From positions 1 to 36,236 of IMG/VR virus record IMGVR_UViG_3300016674_000005: a stretch of DNA of 36,236 bases; one strand, given 5' to 3'. The stretch comes from a virus (taxonomy: Duplodnaviria; Caudoviricetes). This document shows positions 1 through 8,380 of the stretch, piece after piece. Each line of letters starts with the position of its first letter. The first letter of the stretch is position 1. The notes under the pieces are model-generated. The model did no database searches, was not told the DNA's origin, and saw nothing but the letters and a program-made list of their open reading frames with translations. Made by a program: the position numbers and the translations under genes.

Positions 1-826
1 TGGAATGGCAAAAGCTCGTGAATGGAGTGCTGAGGTAGAGACTATTCAAATAGCACAAAAAGCTTATAAAAATAACCAAGACGCTATTCACCGGTTTGAG
101 CAGCTTACACAGCTTATTGATAAGTCCATTCCTTCTGCCTACCCAGACCAACAAGCACTAATTGCTGAAAGGTCTGAATTAAAGGTAAAGTTTGATGAAC
201 AGAGTCGTGATTTAAAAGAAATCACTGAGTATAACAAGCGTGTTAGTGCTCATAACGCTAAAGTAGAGGCTCTAAAAGAGCAAAAATCTGATTTTACAAT
301 TAGACAAATGTCTATCAAAACGGATATACTTGATAAGTCGGCACAAGCTAATGCGTTGGGAATACTCAAAAAAGCGTTCAGCCCATCTGGTATTGTAGCC
401 TTTAAGTTAGAAAACCTAACTAAAGAACTAGAGACTACAATCAATTATTACTTATCAGTTCTGAGTGATGGTCAATTTCAGATAGAGTTTTCGTTAGACA
501 AAGAAAAGCTTAATATCAATGTTATTGACAATGGTATTAGTGCGCCCATTGAAACCATGTCTGGCGGAGAATTTAGCCGAATCCAAACATCTATACTATT
601 AGCTATTCGTCATCTGCTATCTAAACTAGGAGGAAGCAGTATAAATCTTCTATTTCTAGATGAAATAACAGGTGTACTAGACGAAGAAGGTAAAGAAAAG
701 CTTATAGAGGTACTTCAGAGAGAAACAGAATTGAATGTATTCTTGATTTCTCATGATTTTACCCACCCATTAATTGATAAAGTGTCGATTGTAAAAGACA
801 ATAACGTGAGCTCTATTCAAGGCTGA
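1..826 (+). CDS. SbcC/Rad50-like recombination nuclease ATPase subunit (T5 D13 / T4 gp46-like), 5'-truncated
   Basis: Coiled coil followed by ABC signature MSGGE, Walker B LLFLDE and H-loop LISH. Walker A is absent, so the gene probably begins upstream of the window. Confidence 0.9.
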   Translation, partial: GMAKAREWSAEVETIQIAQKAYKNNQDAIHRFEQLTQLIDKSIPSAYPDQQALIAERSELKVKFDEQSRDLKEITEYNKRVSAHNAKVEALKEQKSDFTIRQMSIKTDILDKSAQANALGILKKAFSPSGIVAFKLENLTKELETTINYYLSVLSDGQFQIEFSLDKEKLNINVIDNGISAPIETMSGGEFSRIQTSILLAIRHLLSKLGGSSINLLFLDEITGVLDEEGKEKLIEVLQRETELNVFLISHDFTHPLIDKVSIVKDNNVSSIQG

Positions 827-866
827 GGCTAACAATAGAGATTTTTATGCGTAAAAGGAGAACTAA

Positions 867-2990
867 ATGATTACTATTGGTAAAAAACCTATTCAATTTC
901 AATTCAAGAAAGATTATCGTGAAAAACTATTAAATACGCCTGTTGATTGGGGTTATGGTGGTCTTTCCGCTTTCACATACTACCGCACGTATTCTCGAAA
1001 GAAAGCTAATGGCGCCCTAGAGACTTGGCAGGAATGTGTTCTTCGTGTAATTGAAGGGATGTTTTCTATCCTAAAAACCCACGCTATCACTTCAGAACAT
1101 TCATGGAATGAAAAGCGCGCACACAAACTAGCAGAAGAAGCAGCAGAGCGCCTTCTTGCATTTAAATGGACACCACCAGGTCGTGGTCTGTGGATGATGG
1201 GTACTCCTTTCGTTTATGAAAAAGGCGGTGCTTGCTTAAACAACTGCGGTTTCGTATCAACTGAGAATATTGATGCCGAAATGTCTAAACCTTTTGCGTT
1301 CCTCATGGATATGAGCATGGTTGGTGTCGGTATCGGGTTCGATACTAAAGGAGCTGGTAAAGTAGCTTCTTACATTCCAGAAGGCGAGCCAGAAGTAATT
1401 GTTGTTGAGGATTCTCGTGAAGGATGGGTTGAGCTTATCTCTTGTTTAATTGACTCATATCTTGAAGAAGGTTCAGCGCCTGTTGTACCAGATGTGTCCC
1501 TGGTACGTGCTTATGGAGAACCAATTCACGGGTTTGGTGGCGTAGCTTCAGGCCCAGAGCCGCTAGTACAAGGATTCTACGGTATCAAAGATATTCTTGA
1601 TAAGCGTGCATTAAGTGCGAATCCGCTGCTTACCAGTGTAGATATTACTGATATTATGAATATTATTGGTAAGATTGTTGTAGCTGGTAACGTTCGTCGT
1701 ACCGCTGAGATTGCTTTTGGTGAACCAGACGACGAAGAGTTTGCTAATATGAAAAACTGGGAACAGTTTGGAGTAGAAACAGGCTCAGTAGCGCCTCAAG
1801 AACTAGAGCTAATTAACGCTGATGATTATGCTGAATACAATAACAACTGGGATTCACGTGCTGCTATTGCTCGTAAGTATGCAGATGAAGACTGGTCTTA
1901 TAAGTTTGGCGGCTGGCGTTGGGCTTCTAATAACTCAATTTTTGCTCGTGTAGGAATGGATTATACAAATGTAGCTAAAAAAGTAGCTACAAATGGTGAA
2001 CCAGGATTTGCTTGGCTAGAAACTATGCAAGCATATGGGCGCATGAAAGACCCAGCCGACCATAAAGACTATAGAGTTCGTGGCGGTAACCCATGCCTAG
2101 AGCAATCACTAGAGCCATATGAACTGTGCTGCTTAGTAGAATCTTTCCCAGCAAAACACGAAGACTATTGGGATTATCAGCGTACGCTAAAATTTGCTTA
2201 TCTATACGCTAAAACGGTAACTCTAGTACCTACTCACTGGAGAGAAACTAATGACGTTATTAAACGTAACCGTCGTATTGGTACAAGCCAGAGCGGTATC
2301 CAAGAAGCTATCCTTAAGTTCGGTCGTAAGAAGTACTTGGACGAGTTCTGTGACCAAGCATATAACTATATTAATTACCTAGATAAGAAATATAGCGAAT
2401 GGCTAGGTGTACCACTGTCCATCAAGAAAACTAGTGTTAAACCAAGCGGTACTGTATCACTAGTAGCAGGAGCTCTACCCGGTATTCACTATGCTAAAGC
2501 AGAGAGTTACTACAGACTTATTCGCGTAGCTAACACTTCCAACTTACTACCAATTCTTCGTGCCGCTAATTATCGCATTGAAGCGTCTATCACTGACCCG
2601 CTAAAAACTAGCGTAGTATACTTTCCTGTTGTACACGCTCCAGGTACTATTAGCGACAAAGACGTATCTATTTGGGAACAGTTTGTAAACGCAGTAGACC
2701 TTCAGCATTATTGGGCTGATAACCAAGTATCTATTACGATATCATTCCAACCACATGAAAAAGACCAAATTGCTCGTGCTCTGAGTTGCTTTGATAGTAG
2801 ACTAAAAGGTGTAAGCCTTCTACCTCTATCAGACCATGGTTATGCTCAAGCCCCGTATACTCAAGCTGCTCGTGAAGAGGTTGAAGCTTATCGCGCTACA
2901 CTACTGCCTCTAGACTTCTCTAGTCTAACAAATGAGGGTGAAAATGCAGACGCAAATAAGTTTTGTGATGGCGACGCCTGCTTAATCTAA
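867..2990 (+). CDS. nrdJ: Class II adenosylcobalamin-dependent ribonucleotide reductase (monomeric RTPR type)
   Basis: Motifs YYRTYSR, PPGRGLW, LNNC, GNVRRTAEI, NPCLEQ (active-site finger loop), KPSGT and C-terminal redox pair CDGDAC. AGGAG RBS upstream. Confidence 0.95.
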   Translation: MITIGKKPIQFQFKKDYREKLLNTPVDWGYGGLSAFTYYRTYSRKKANGALETWQECVLRVIEGMFSILKTHAITSEHSWNEKRAHKLAEEAAERLLAFKWTPPGRGLWMMGTPFVYEKGGACLNNCGFVSTENIDAEMSKPFAFLMDMSMVGVGIGFDTKGAGKVASYIPEGEPEVIVVEDSREGWVELISCLIDSYLEEGSAPVVPDVSLVRAYGEPIHGFGGVASGPEPLVQGFYGIKDILDKRALSANPLLTSVDITDIMNIIGKIVVAGNVRRTAEIAFGEPDDEEFANMKNWEQFGVETGSVAPQELELINADDYAEYNNNWDSRAAIARKYADEDWSYKFGGWRWASNNSIFARVGMDYTNVAKKVATNGEPGFAWLETMQAYGRMKDPADHKDYRVRGGNPCLEQSLEPYELCCLVESFPAKHEDYWDYQRTLKFAYLYAKTVTLVPTHWRETNDVIKRNRRIGTSQSGIQEAILKFGRKKYLDEFCDQAYNYINYLDKKYSEWLGVPLSIKKTSVKPSGTVSLVAGALPGIHYAKAESYYRLIRVANTSNLLPILRAANYRIEASITDPLKTSVVYFPVVHAPGTISDKDVSIWEQFVNAVDLQHYWADNQVSITISFQPHEKDQIARALSCFDSRLKGVSLLPLSDHGYAQAPYTQAAREEVEAYRATLLPLDFSSLTNEGENADANKFCDGDACLI

Positions 2991-2999
2991 TTGCTAAAC

Positions 3000-3022
3000 A
3001 GGCTGGCCTATTTGGCCAGCCT
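3000..3022 (+). terminator. GC-rich hairpin after nrdJ (weak terminator or mRNA-stabilising/processing stem)
   Basis: AGGCTGGCC-tattt-GGCCAGCCT, a perfect 9-bp stem with only a weak U tail (acttatt). Confidence 0.5.
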
Positions 3023-3036
3023 ACTTATTAGAGGAT

Positions 3037-3468
3037 ATGAAAATGATAATTAATTTTGTAAAGCGACACGAAAACGCAAAGCTACCTGTCTACTCCACTA
3101 CAGAAGCAGCAGGAGCTGATATTTTTAGTATAGATTCTTATATAGTACCCCCAGGAGGTATATGCTTAGTTAAAACTGGATTAGGCTGCTCTATTCCTAA
3201 CGGCTGGGAATTACAGGTGCGACCACGTTCTGGTCTAGCACTAAAGAACCAAATTACTGTGCTAAACTCTCCAGGTACAATAGATAGTGACTATACAGGT
3301 GAGCTAGGAGTTATTTTAGTTAATCACTCTGACGCAATCTTTAAGGTAGCTCCTGGAGATAGAATTGCTCAGATAGTATTAGCTCCAGTGTATCAGGGGC
3401 AGTTTTCTTGGACCGATGAAGCCAGAGAAACCGATAGAACCGGCGGTTTCGGGTCTACAGGAGTATAA
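3037..3468 (+). CDS. dut: Trimeric dUTPase
   Basis: All five motifs present: AAGADI, RPRSGLA, GTIDSDYTG, RIAQ, RTGGFGSTG. Confidence 0.96.
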   Translation: MKMIINFVKRHENAKLPVYSTTEAAGADIFSIDSYIVPPGGICLVKTGLGCSIPNGWELQVRPRSGLALKNQITVLNSPGTIDSDYTGELGVILVNHSDAIFKVAPGDRIAQIVLAPVYQGQFSWTDEARETDRTGGFGSTGV

Positions 3469-3469
3469 T

Positions 3470-3691
3470 GTGAAAGCTATTATTTGGAGTACACCTACTT
3501 GTTCTTTTTGTAAAAATGCTAAAGCTGAGTTAACTAAGCGCGGTATTGAATATGAAGAACGAATTATCGGAGTTGATTGGACCAAAGAGCAACTTCTAGA
3601 AGTAGTACCGAATGCTCGTACTGTTCCTCAAATTTTTATTGATGAAATTTATATAGGAGGTTATACTGAACTTATGAGCTATAAAACATAG
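3470..3691 (+). CDS. Glutaredoxin / NrdH-like redoxin
   Basis: CSFC active site, TVPQIFI and IGGY motifs. Start re-assigned to GTG at 3470, which has AGGAG at 3459-3463, instead of 3416. Confidence 0.9.
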   Translation: MKAIIWSTPTCSFCKNAKAELTKRGIEYEERIIGVDWTKEQLLEVVPNARTVPQIFIDEIYIGGYTELMSYKT

Positions 3692-3710
3692 CTTGTTTGA
3701 AAGGCAATAA

Positions 3711-4454
3711 ATGGCAAGAAGTATAAGTAATAAAAAAACTACTAGCAAGGTGTCAGCACCCAAAGAACAAGGACGGTCGCAACGTCGTATCAGAATTGAT
3801 GATTTGGAAACCCTAACACCACTTACTCAAAAGCAAAGAGACACTGTCTCTGCGTATAGAAAAGATAAAAACTTACTACTTCACGGTATTGCTGGAACTG
3901 GTAAAACCTTTTTAGGTATGAGTCTAGCATTTGAGCAAGTGCTAGACCCTTCTACAGAATACGATTATATAGGCATTGTTCGTTCAGTAGTCCCTACTAG
4001 AGAGATGGGATTCCTAAAAGGCGATGATAAAGAAAAAATCGCTGTTTACGAAGCACCCTATAGTTCTCTATGTGCAGAACTTTTTGGTATTCCAGATGCG
4101 TACGATTGTTTAAAGAATCAGGGCGCAGTCCAGTTTTTTAGTACATCTTTTATCCGTGGATTAACATTAAATAATTGTATTATTATAGTAGATGAGTTCG
4201 AAAACCTAAGCTTCCATGAACTTGATAGTATAATAACTCGTATGGGTAAAAATAGTAAAATTATCTTTTGTGGGGATTATACACAAAGTGATTTAATCAA
4301 AACTAATGAGCGTAACGGTTGCCTAGACTTTATGAAGATTCTGAGAGATATGAAACGCTTTGAGTTCATAGAGTTTGGAATTGAAGATATTGTACGTGGT
4401 GAAACAGTTCGTGATTATATTGTAACCAAGTACAAGTTAGGATTACATATATAA
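3711..4454 (+). CDS. phoH: PhoH-family ATPase
   Basis: Motifs GIAGTGKT, MGFLKG, FIRGLT, IIVDEFEN, IITRMG, GDYTQSD, DIVR. Confidence 0.93.
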   Translation: MARSISNKKTTSKVSAPKEQGRSQRRIRIDDLETLTPLTQKQRDTVSAYRKDKNLLLHGIAGTGKTFLGMSLAFEQVLDPSTEYDYIGIVRSVVPTREMGFLKGDDKEKIAVYEAPYSSLCAELFGIPDAYDCLKNQGAVQFFSTSFIRGLTLNNCIIIVDEFENLSFHELDSIITRMGKNSKIIFCGDYTQSDLIKTNERNGCLDFMKILRDMKRFEFIEFGIEDIVRGETVRDYIVTKYKLGLHI

Positions 4455-4909
4455 TGGCGTACAACAAAAGCAAAGCAAAAGGGTCTAGTTTTGAAGCGAA
4501 AATAGCTGAGAGATTTACATCTGAATTTGGTAAAGATTTTAAAAGGGTGCCACTGAGTGGCGCCCTTGAATGGATGAAGGGTGACATTATATGTATACAA
4601 GATACAGCTTGGTTCCCTTATTGCACAGAGTGCAAACACTATGCATCACTAGATTGGAATAGTCTACTTACGGCTAAGTCTAATGATATGTTCTCTTTCT
4701 GGAAACAAACACAGCGAGAAGCTGAAGTGATGAAGAAAAAGCCTCTTTTAGTATTTCGCTGGGATAGGTCTAAAGACTATGTAGCTTTTGATGATGATAC
4801 AGAGGTTAAGTCATTTATAATGGTTAATTCTTTTGGTCATAGTTTTAAAATCGCGTTACTTGATGACTGGATACAAGCATTTAAAAGTCAAAGTAATATT
4901 GCCAATTAG
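4454..4909 (+). CDS. T5 D14-like PD-(D/E)xK endonuclease / putative Holliday junction resolvase
   Basis: SKAKGSSFE...RVPLSGA...KGD...ECKHY...FWKQT pattern, located directly upstream of the D15-like gene. Confidence 0.8.
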   Translation: MAYNKSKAKGSSFEAKIAERFTSEFGKDFKRVPLSGALEWMKGDIICIQDTAWFPYCTECKHYASLDWNSLLTAKSNDMFSFWKQTQREAEVMKKKPLLVFRWDRSKDYVAFDDDTEVKSFIMVNSFGHSFKIALLDDWIQAFKSQSNIAN

Positions 4910-4927
4910 TTGTTTCTATGCTAATAT
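4899..4927 (+). promoter_or_regulatory. Putative sigma70-type promoter for the exo-DHFR-thyA genes
   Basis: TTGCCA (4899-4904), 17-nt spacer, TAATAT (4922-4927), preceded by an extended -10 TG. Confidence 0.55.
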
Positions 4928-4953
4928 TAGTTATCTAACAAAGGAATTTACTT

Positions 4954-5793
4954 ATGACTAAATCTTGGAGTGATTTGGAAGATGTCAAAACGGAGTATGA
5001 CGATTTCCAAAACCTATTAGTAGTCGATGGAAACAACGTTTCCTATCGCTACATTCAGCGAGCTAATTACGATAGTTATGAAGAAGATTTTAAAAGAACA
5101 ATTGCTTCTCTAGCTCGTTCTTACAAAGCAAAACGCACGATTGTATGTTTTGATTTTGGTAAATCTTACTACCGTTCTCAGCTACATGATACTTATAAAG
5201 GCACTCGTAAAAAAGCTGAAACAGAAGAAGAAATTGAACATGCAGAGAAATTCTTTGCTGTATTGAATCGTCTACCCGAAGAGCTAGATGAAGAAGTTCT
5301 AAAGTTTAGAGGTATTGAAGCTGACGATACAATTGCGTATATTACGCAAAACGTATCTCCTCGATACAATCATACCTGGATTGTCTCTTCAGATAAAGAT
5401 ATTATCCAACTAGTAGATGATAATATCTCTATCTTTAACATCTTCTCTCGTAAAGAAATTACCAAACAGTATTTGCAAGATGAACTACAGCTTACTCCTA
5501 GTGAGTTTATGCTGTCTCGCATTATTGAGGGCGATAAAGGAGATAATATTATTGGTATTGAAGGTATTGGACCAAAGAGAGCTCAAACTCTAGCTCGTGA
5601 ATACAAAACTCTAGATAAACTAGTAGCAGCTCTTCCAATTAAGGGTAAGTCTCAGTATATTGCTAACCTTAATGCGGGCAAAAATACGCTAATTCGTAAT
5701 GAAACGCTGATTAATCTAAAGCGTTATCATCAAACAGCCATTGAAGCTGGAAAGAATGAATCAGACCCGTTTGAGGTTTTGGAGAATTTATGA
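4954..5793 (+). CDS. 5'-3' exonuclease / flap endonuclease (T5 D15-like)
   Basis: Motifs LLVVDG, YKGTR, IEADD, SSDKD and GDKGDNIIGIEGIGPKRA (H3TH). Confidence 0.93.
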   Translation: MTKSWSDLEDVKTEYDDFQNLLVVDGNNVSYRYIQRANYDSYEEDFKRTIASLARSYKAKRTIVCFDFGKSYYRSQLHDTYKGTRKKAETEEEIEHAEKFFAVLNRLPEELDEEVLKFRGIEADDTIAYITQNVSPRYNHTWIVSSDKDIIQLVDDNISIFNIFSRKEITKQYLQDELQLTPSEFMLSRIIEGDKGDNIIGIEGIGPKRAQTLAREYKTLDKLVAALPIKGKSQYIANLNAGKNTLIRNETLINLKRYHQTAIEAGKNESDPFEVLENL

Positions 5794-6290
5794 TAAGAGC
5801 TATTCTTGCACACGATGATAAGTGGGGTATCGGTAAATCTGGTACTCTACCTTGGCCTCATAATGCTCAAGATTTAAGATGGTTTAAACAAAATACTACA
5901 AATAGTTTAGTGGTAATGGGGCGCCACACTTGGAACAGTTTACCAGTGAAGCCTTTACCTAACAGGATAAATATTGTAGTATCTAGTAAAGTACCGAAAG
6001 GCGATGCTCATGCCGTTTACTCTACTGACGATATTCCAAAGTTGTTGGTTAATCTATCGAAGTCAAGATATAGAGTTCTTGATGGTATATGGGTAATTGG
6101 CGGAGCACAACTTGTGCATAGCAGCTTACCAGTACTAGACGAAATTTGGCTAAACAATATACACGGAGTGTATGATTGTGATACTTTCCTTGAGAAAGTA
6201 TTGATTACCAGATTGTTTGAGCCTTATGATATACAGAAAACATCTTATAGTACTATTACGAAGTGGAAAAGATGTGAAACAATATCATAA
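5790..6290 (+). CDS. folA: Dihydrofolate reductase
   Basis: Motifs GIG..GTLPW, DLRWFK, VVMGRHTW, PLPNRINIVVS, VIGG, CDTF. Confidence 0.93.
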   Translation: MIRAILAHDDKWGIGKSGTLPWPHNAQDLRWFKQNTTNSLVVMGRHTWNSLPVKPLPNRINIVVSSKVPKGDAHAVYSTDDIPKLLVNLSKSRYRVLDGIWVIGGAQLVHSSLPVLDEIWLNNIHGVYDCDTFLEKVLITRLFEPYDIQKTSYSTITKWKRCETIS

Positions 6291-7149
6291 ACTACTAGAA
6301 GATATTTTGCGGGATGGTGAAACTGTAAATGATAGAACCGGAGTCGGTACAAAATCGATTTTTGGTTATCAAATGCGTTTCAACTTACAGCATGGATTCC
6401 CAGCTGTTACAACAAAGAAACTCGCGTGGAAGGCAGTTGTTGGCGAGCTGCTTTGGTTTTTAGAAGGCAGCACTGATGAACGCCGACTTGCAGAGATTAC
6501 TTTCGAGAAACATCGAGTTGATTTGGTCGATAAGACCACAATATGGACGGCTAACGCCGACGCTCAAGGGAAAGCTCTTGGATACTACAATGATAGTTTC
6601 ACTAAGCTACTCGGACCTGTTTACGGAGCTCAGTGGAGAAACTTCAATGGCCAAGGATGCGACCAGATACTTTGGTTGGTCAGCCAAATCCGAACAAACC
6701 CTGACTCTAGACGACTTATACTTTCGGCTTGGAACCCTGTACAAATCACCGACATGGCACTACCTCCATGCCACACCTTCGCACAATTTCGCGTAATAAA
6801 TGGAAGACTAAATTGTCAGATGTATCAACGTTCGGCAGATGCATTTCTAGGAGTGCCGTTTAATATTGCCTCATATGCTCTACTAACTCATATTATTGCT
6901 AGAGAGTGTAATCTAGAAGTTGGTGACTATGTACATACAATAGGTGATGCGCATATATACAATAATCATTTAGATCAGGTACAAGAACAGCTTGCTCGCG
7001 AGCCTTACCAACTACCTGTGCTACGCATTGATGATAGTTTTGATTTGCTGAGCGGATTAACTAGCCATTTTGATAGAAACGTCGTTTCTAAATTTACGTT
7101 AATCAACTATCGTAGTCATAATTCTATAAAAGCTGTGATGGCAGTATAA
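6274..7149 (+). CDS. thyA: Thymidylate synthase
   Basis: Motifs DRTGVGT, ELLWFL, LPPCH, QRSADAFLGVPFNIASY, GDAHIY. Start re-assigned to GTG at 6274 (MKQYH...). Confidence 0.95.
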   Translation: MKQYHKLLEDILRDGETVNDRTGVGTKSIFGYQMRFNLQHGFPAVTTKKLAWKAVVGELLWFLEGSTDERRLAEITFEKHRVDLVDKTTIWTANADAQGKALGYYNDSFTKLLGPVYGAQWRNFNGQGCDQILWLVSQIRTNPDSRRLILSAWNPVQITDMALPPCHTFAQFRVINGRLNCQMYQRSADAFLGVPFNIASYALLTHIIARECNLEVGDYVHTIGDAHIYNNHLDQVQEQLAREPYQLPVLRIDDSFDLLSGLTSHFDRNVVSKFTLINYRSHNSIKAVMAV

Positions 7150-7150
7150 A

Positions 7151-7176
7151 AAAAAGGGGGCTTACGCCCCCTTTTT
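7151..7176. terminator. Bidirectional intrinsic terminator between the converging blocks
   Basis: AAAAA-GGGGGC-ttac-GCCCCC-TTTTT, with an A tract on the left and a T tract on the right. Confidence 0.88.
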
Positions 7177-7269
7177 CTTTGCGGATTTTTTCACTTTTGG
7201 CGTAGATTTAACTGCGCCTTTTTTCTTTTGTCCAGGCATAGACTGAGTAAAGATAGGTGCTGCTATCAT
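7162..7269 (-). CDS. Uncalled 35-aa Lys-rich peptide (MIAAPIFTQSMPGQKKKGAVKSTPKVKKSAKKKGA)
   Basis: Translated by hand. Its ATG overlaps the upstream gene's TGA (ATGA coupling at 7269-7266) and its TAA falls in the terminator loop. Confidence 0.65.
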   Translation of the reverse strand: MIAAPIFTQSMPGQKKKGAVKSTPKVKKSAKKKGA

Positions 7270-7463
7270 GGTTTTATAGTTTGCACTGTACCTTTTTTAG
7301 TGTTTTTTACCTCACGCACTGTTAGTTCATCCCCAGCTCTGTAGTATGCTTTTGTAGCAGCATCTACTGCTGGGTCGTATGCTTCTCTCATACCGTAACG
7401 ATTATCGCCTATTCTAACCGTTTTACCAGCTCGTAGGTCTAATCCAGAAGGGGACTTAGCCAT
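7266..7463 (-). CDS. Hypothetical small basic protein (65 aa)
   Basis: TAATG stop/start overlap with the upstream gene; same strand as the operon. Confidence 0.7.
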   Translation of the reverse strand: MAKSPSGLDLRAGKTVRIGDNRYGMREAYDPAVDAATKAYYRAGDELTVREVKNTKKGTVQTIKP

Positions 7464-7804
7464 TAGAAGCCCTCTGGTTCTTTCCAGAACTTGCCGCCCA
7501 TACCGCCAGTTACATTTTCACTAGTTACTTTGGCTTGTCCTGTAGCTGGACCACGATTACCTGCTTTTGTGAAGCTACGGCTGTGTGAAACGTCGCCCAT
7601 ATAAACGTCTCCTTGGTCAATATAGCCAGGAGCACTTTTTAGTACTTCATTGCCTTTTATATTGCCAGCGGCACGATTATCTGATGAGCCAGTAAAGCTT
7701 GTACGCTGAGTTCCGCCCATAGCAACTTTTGGATATGACTTACCAGATTTAACTAGCTTCATATCTTCGGAGATGCCTGTAACAGTTTTCTTTATCATTC
7801 CCAT
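7463..7804 (-). CDS. Hypothetical Gly/Lys/Ser-rich protein (113 aa), probably disordered
   Basis: AAAAGGAGA RBS precedes ATG at 7804 (MGMIKK...), preferred over the 7852 start. Confidence 0.75.
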   Translation of the reverse strand: MGMIKKTVTGISEDMKLVKSGKSYPKVAMGGTQRTSFTGSSDNRAAGNIKGNEVLKSAPGYIDQGDVYMGDVSHSRSFTKAGNRGPATGQAKVTSENVTGGMGGKFWKEPEGF

Positions 7805-7842
7805 AGTATTATCTCCTTTTAGAGTGATTCTTTTTATAATTA

Positions 7843-7871
7843 ATTGTGACAAAAATTGTTATTTATGTCAA
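7843..7871 (-). promoter_or_regulatory. Putative sigma70 promoter overlapped by an inverted repeat
   Basis: TTGACA (7871-7866), 17-nt spacer, CACAAT (7848-7843). Inverted repeat TGACAAAAAT-4nt-ATTTATGTCA at 7847-7870. Confidence 0.5.
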
Positions 7872-7887
7872 AAGTAATTTGTTTTAT

Positions 7888-8079
7888 TTATTTTTTAGCT
7901 ACCTTAGCTTTGCTCAACGCAATAGCTATAGATTGCTTTTGTTTAGCCTGCTCCTCAGTTAAACCAGATTGCTGGGCTATAGTTTTAATTGCTTTAGACC
8001 TAGTTTTACCAGGCTTTTTCATTAACTCTTTAATATTACTAGATATAGTTTTTTGTGATTTACCAGACTTAAGGGGCAT
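7888..8079 (-). CDS. Small Lys-rich phage protein (63 aa)
   Basis: MPLKSGKSQKTISSNIKELM...QSIAIALSKA resembles a recurrent small phage protein pattern; GGAG/AGAATG context, overlapping the upstream gene's end. Confidence 0.75.
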   Translation of the reverse strand: MPLKSGKSQKTISSNIKELMKKPGKTRSKAIKTIAQQSGLTEEQAKQKQSIAIALSKAKVAKK

Positions 8080-8380
8080 TTGACATCATTCTATACGAAG
8101 GAGGAAGCATATCAGACATGTCTTCTGTAATTGCTTCTGGTGAGCTGTCTTCTTCGGATTCAGTCATTTCTTCAGAATCCATCTGCTCTTCCTCTTCTTC
8201 TTGCTCTTCTACGATTTCGTATACAGCTGCACATAATACATCTAAATATGCGTGTGCACCTGTAAGTTTTGCAACCCACCAATCTGGTAACTCGCAACCC
8301 TGTTGTAGACTGGTTTGAATATGCTGTAGTTTTTGTAATGATGCTTCTACTAGCATCTGCGCTTGCATTGTCTCAGACAT
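8069..8380 (-). CDS. Hypothetical acidic protein (103 aa)
   Basis: GAGGTG RBS; helical N-terminus (LPDWWVAKL...YLD) followed by a Glu/Ser-rich tail. Confidence 0.72.
   Translation of the reverse strand: MSETMQAQMLVEASLQKLQHIQTSLQQGCELPDWWVAKLTGAHAYLDVLCAAVYEIVEEQEEEEEQMDSEEMTESEEDSSPEAITEDMSDMLPPSYRMMSNAP

Noticed and set aside
3416-3469. Longer glutaredoxin start from the ORF track
   Set aside because: It overlaps dut motif 5; GTG 3470 has a proper SD and gives a normal N-terminus.
6476-6796. 106-aa alternative-frame ORF inside thyA
   Set aside because: No recognisable motif or convincing RBS; fully nested in a conserved gene.
867-7149. Introns or inteins in nrdJ, thyA or the nucleases
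   Set aside because: The ORFs are continuous and of ordinary size, with no intein terminal motifs or homing endonuclease.
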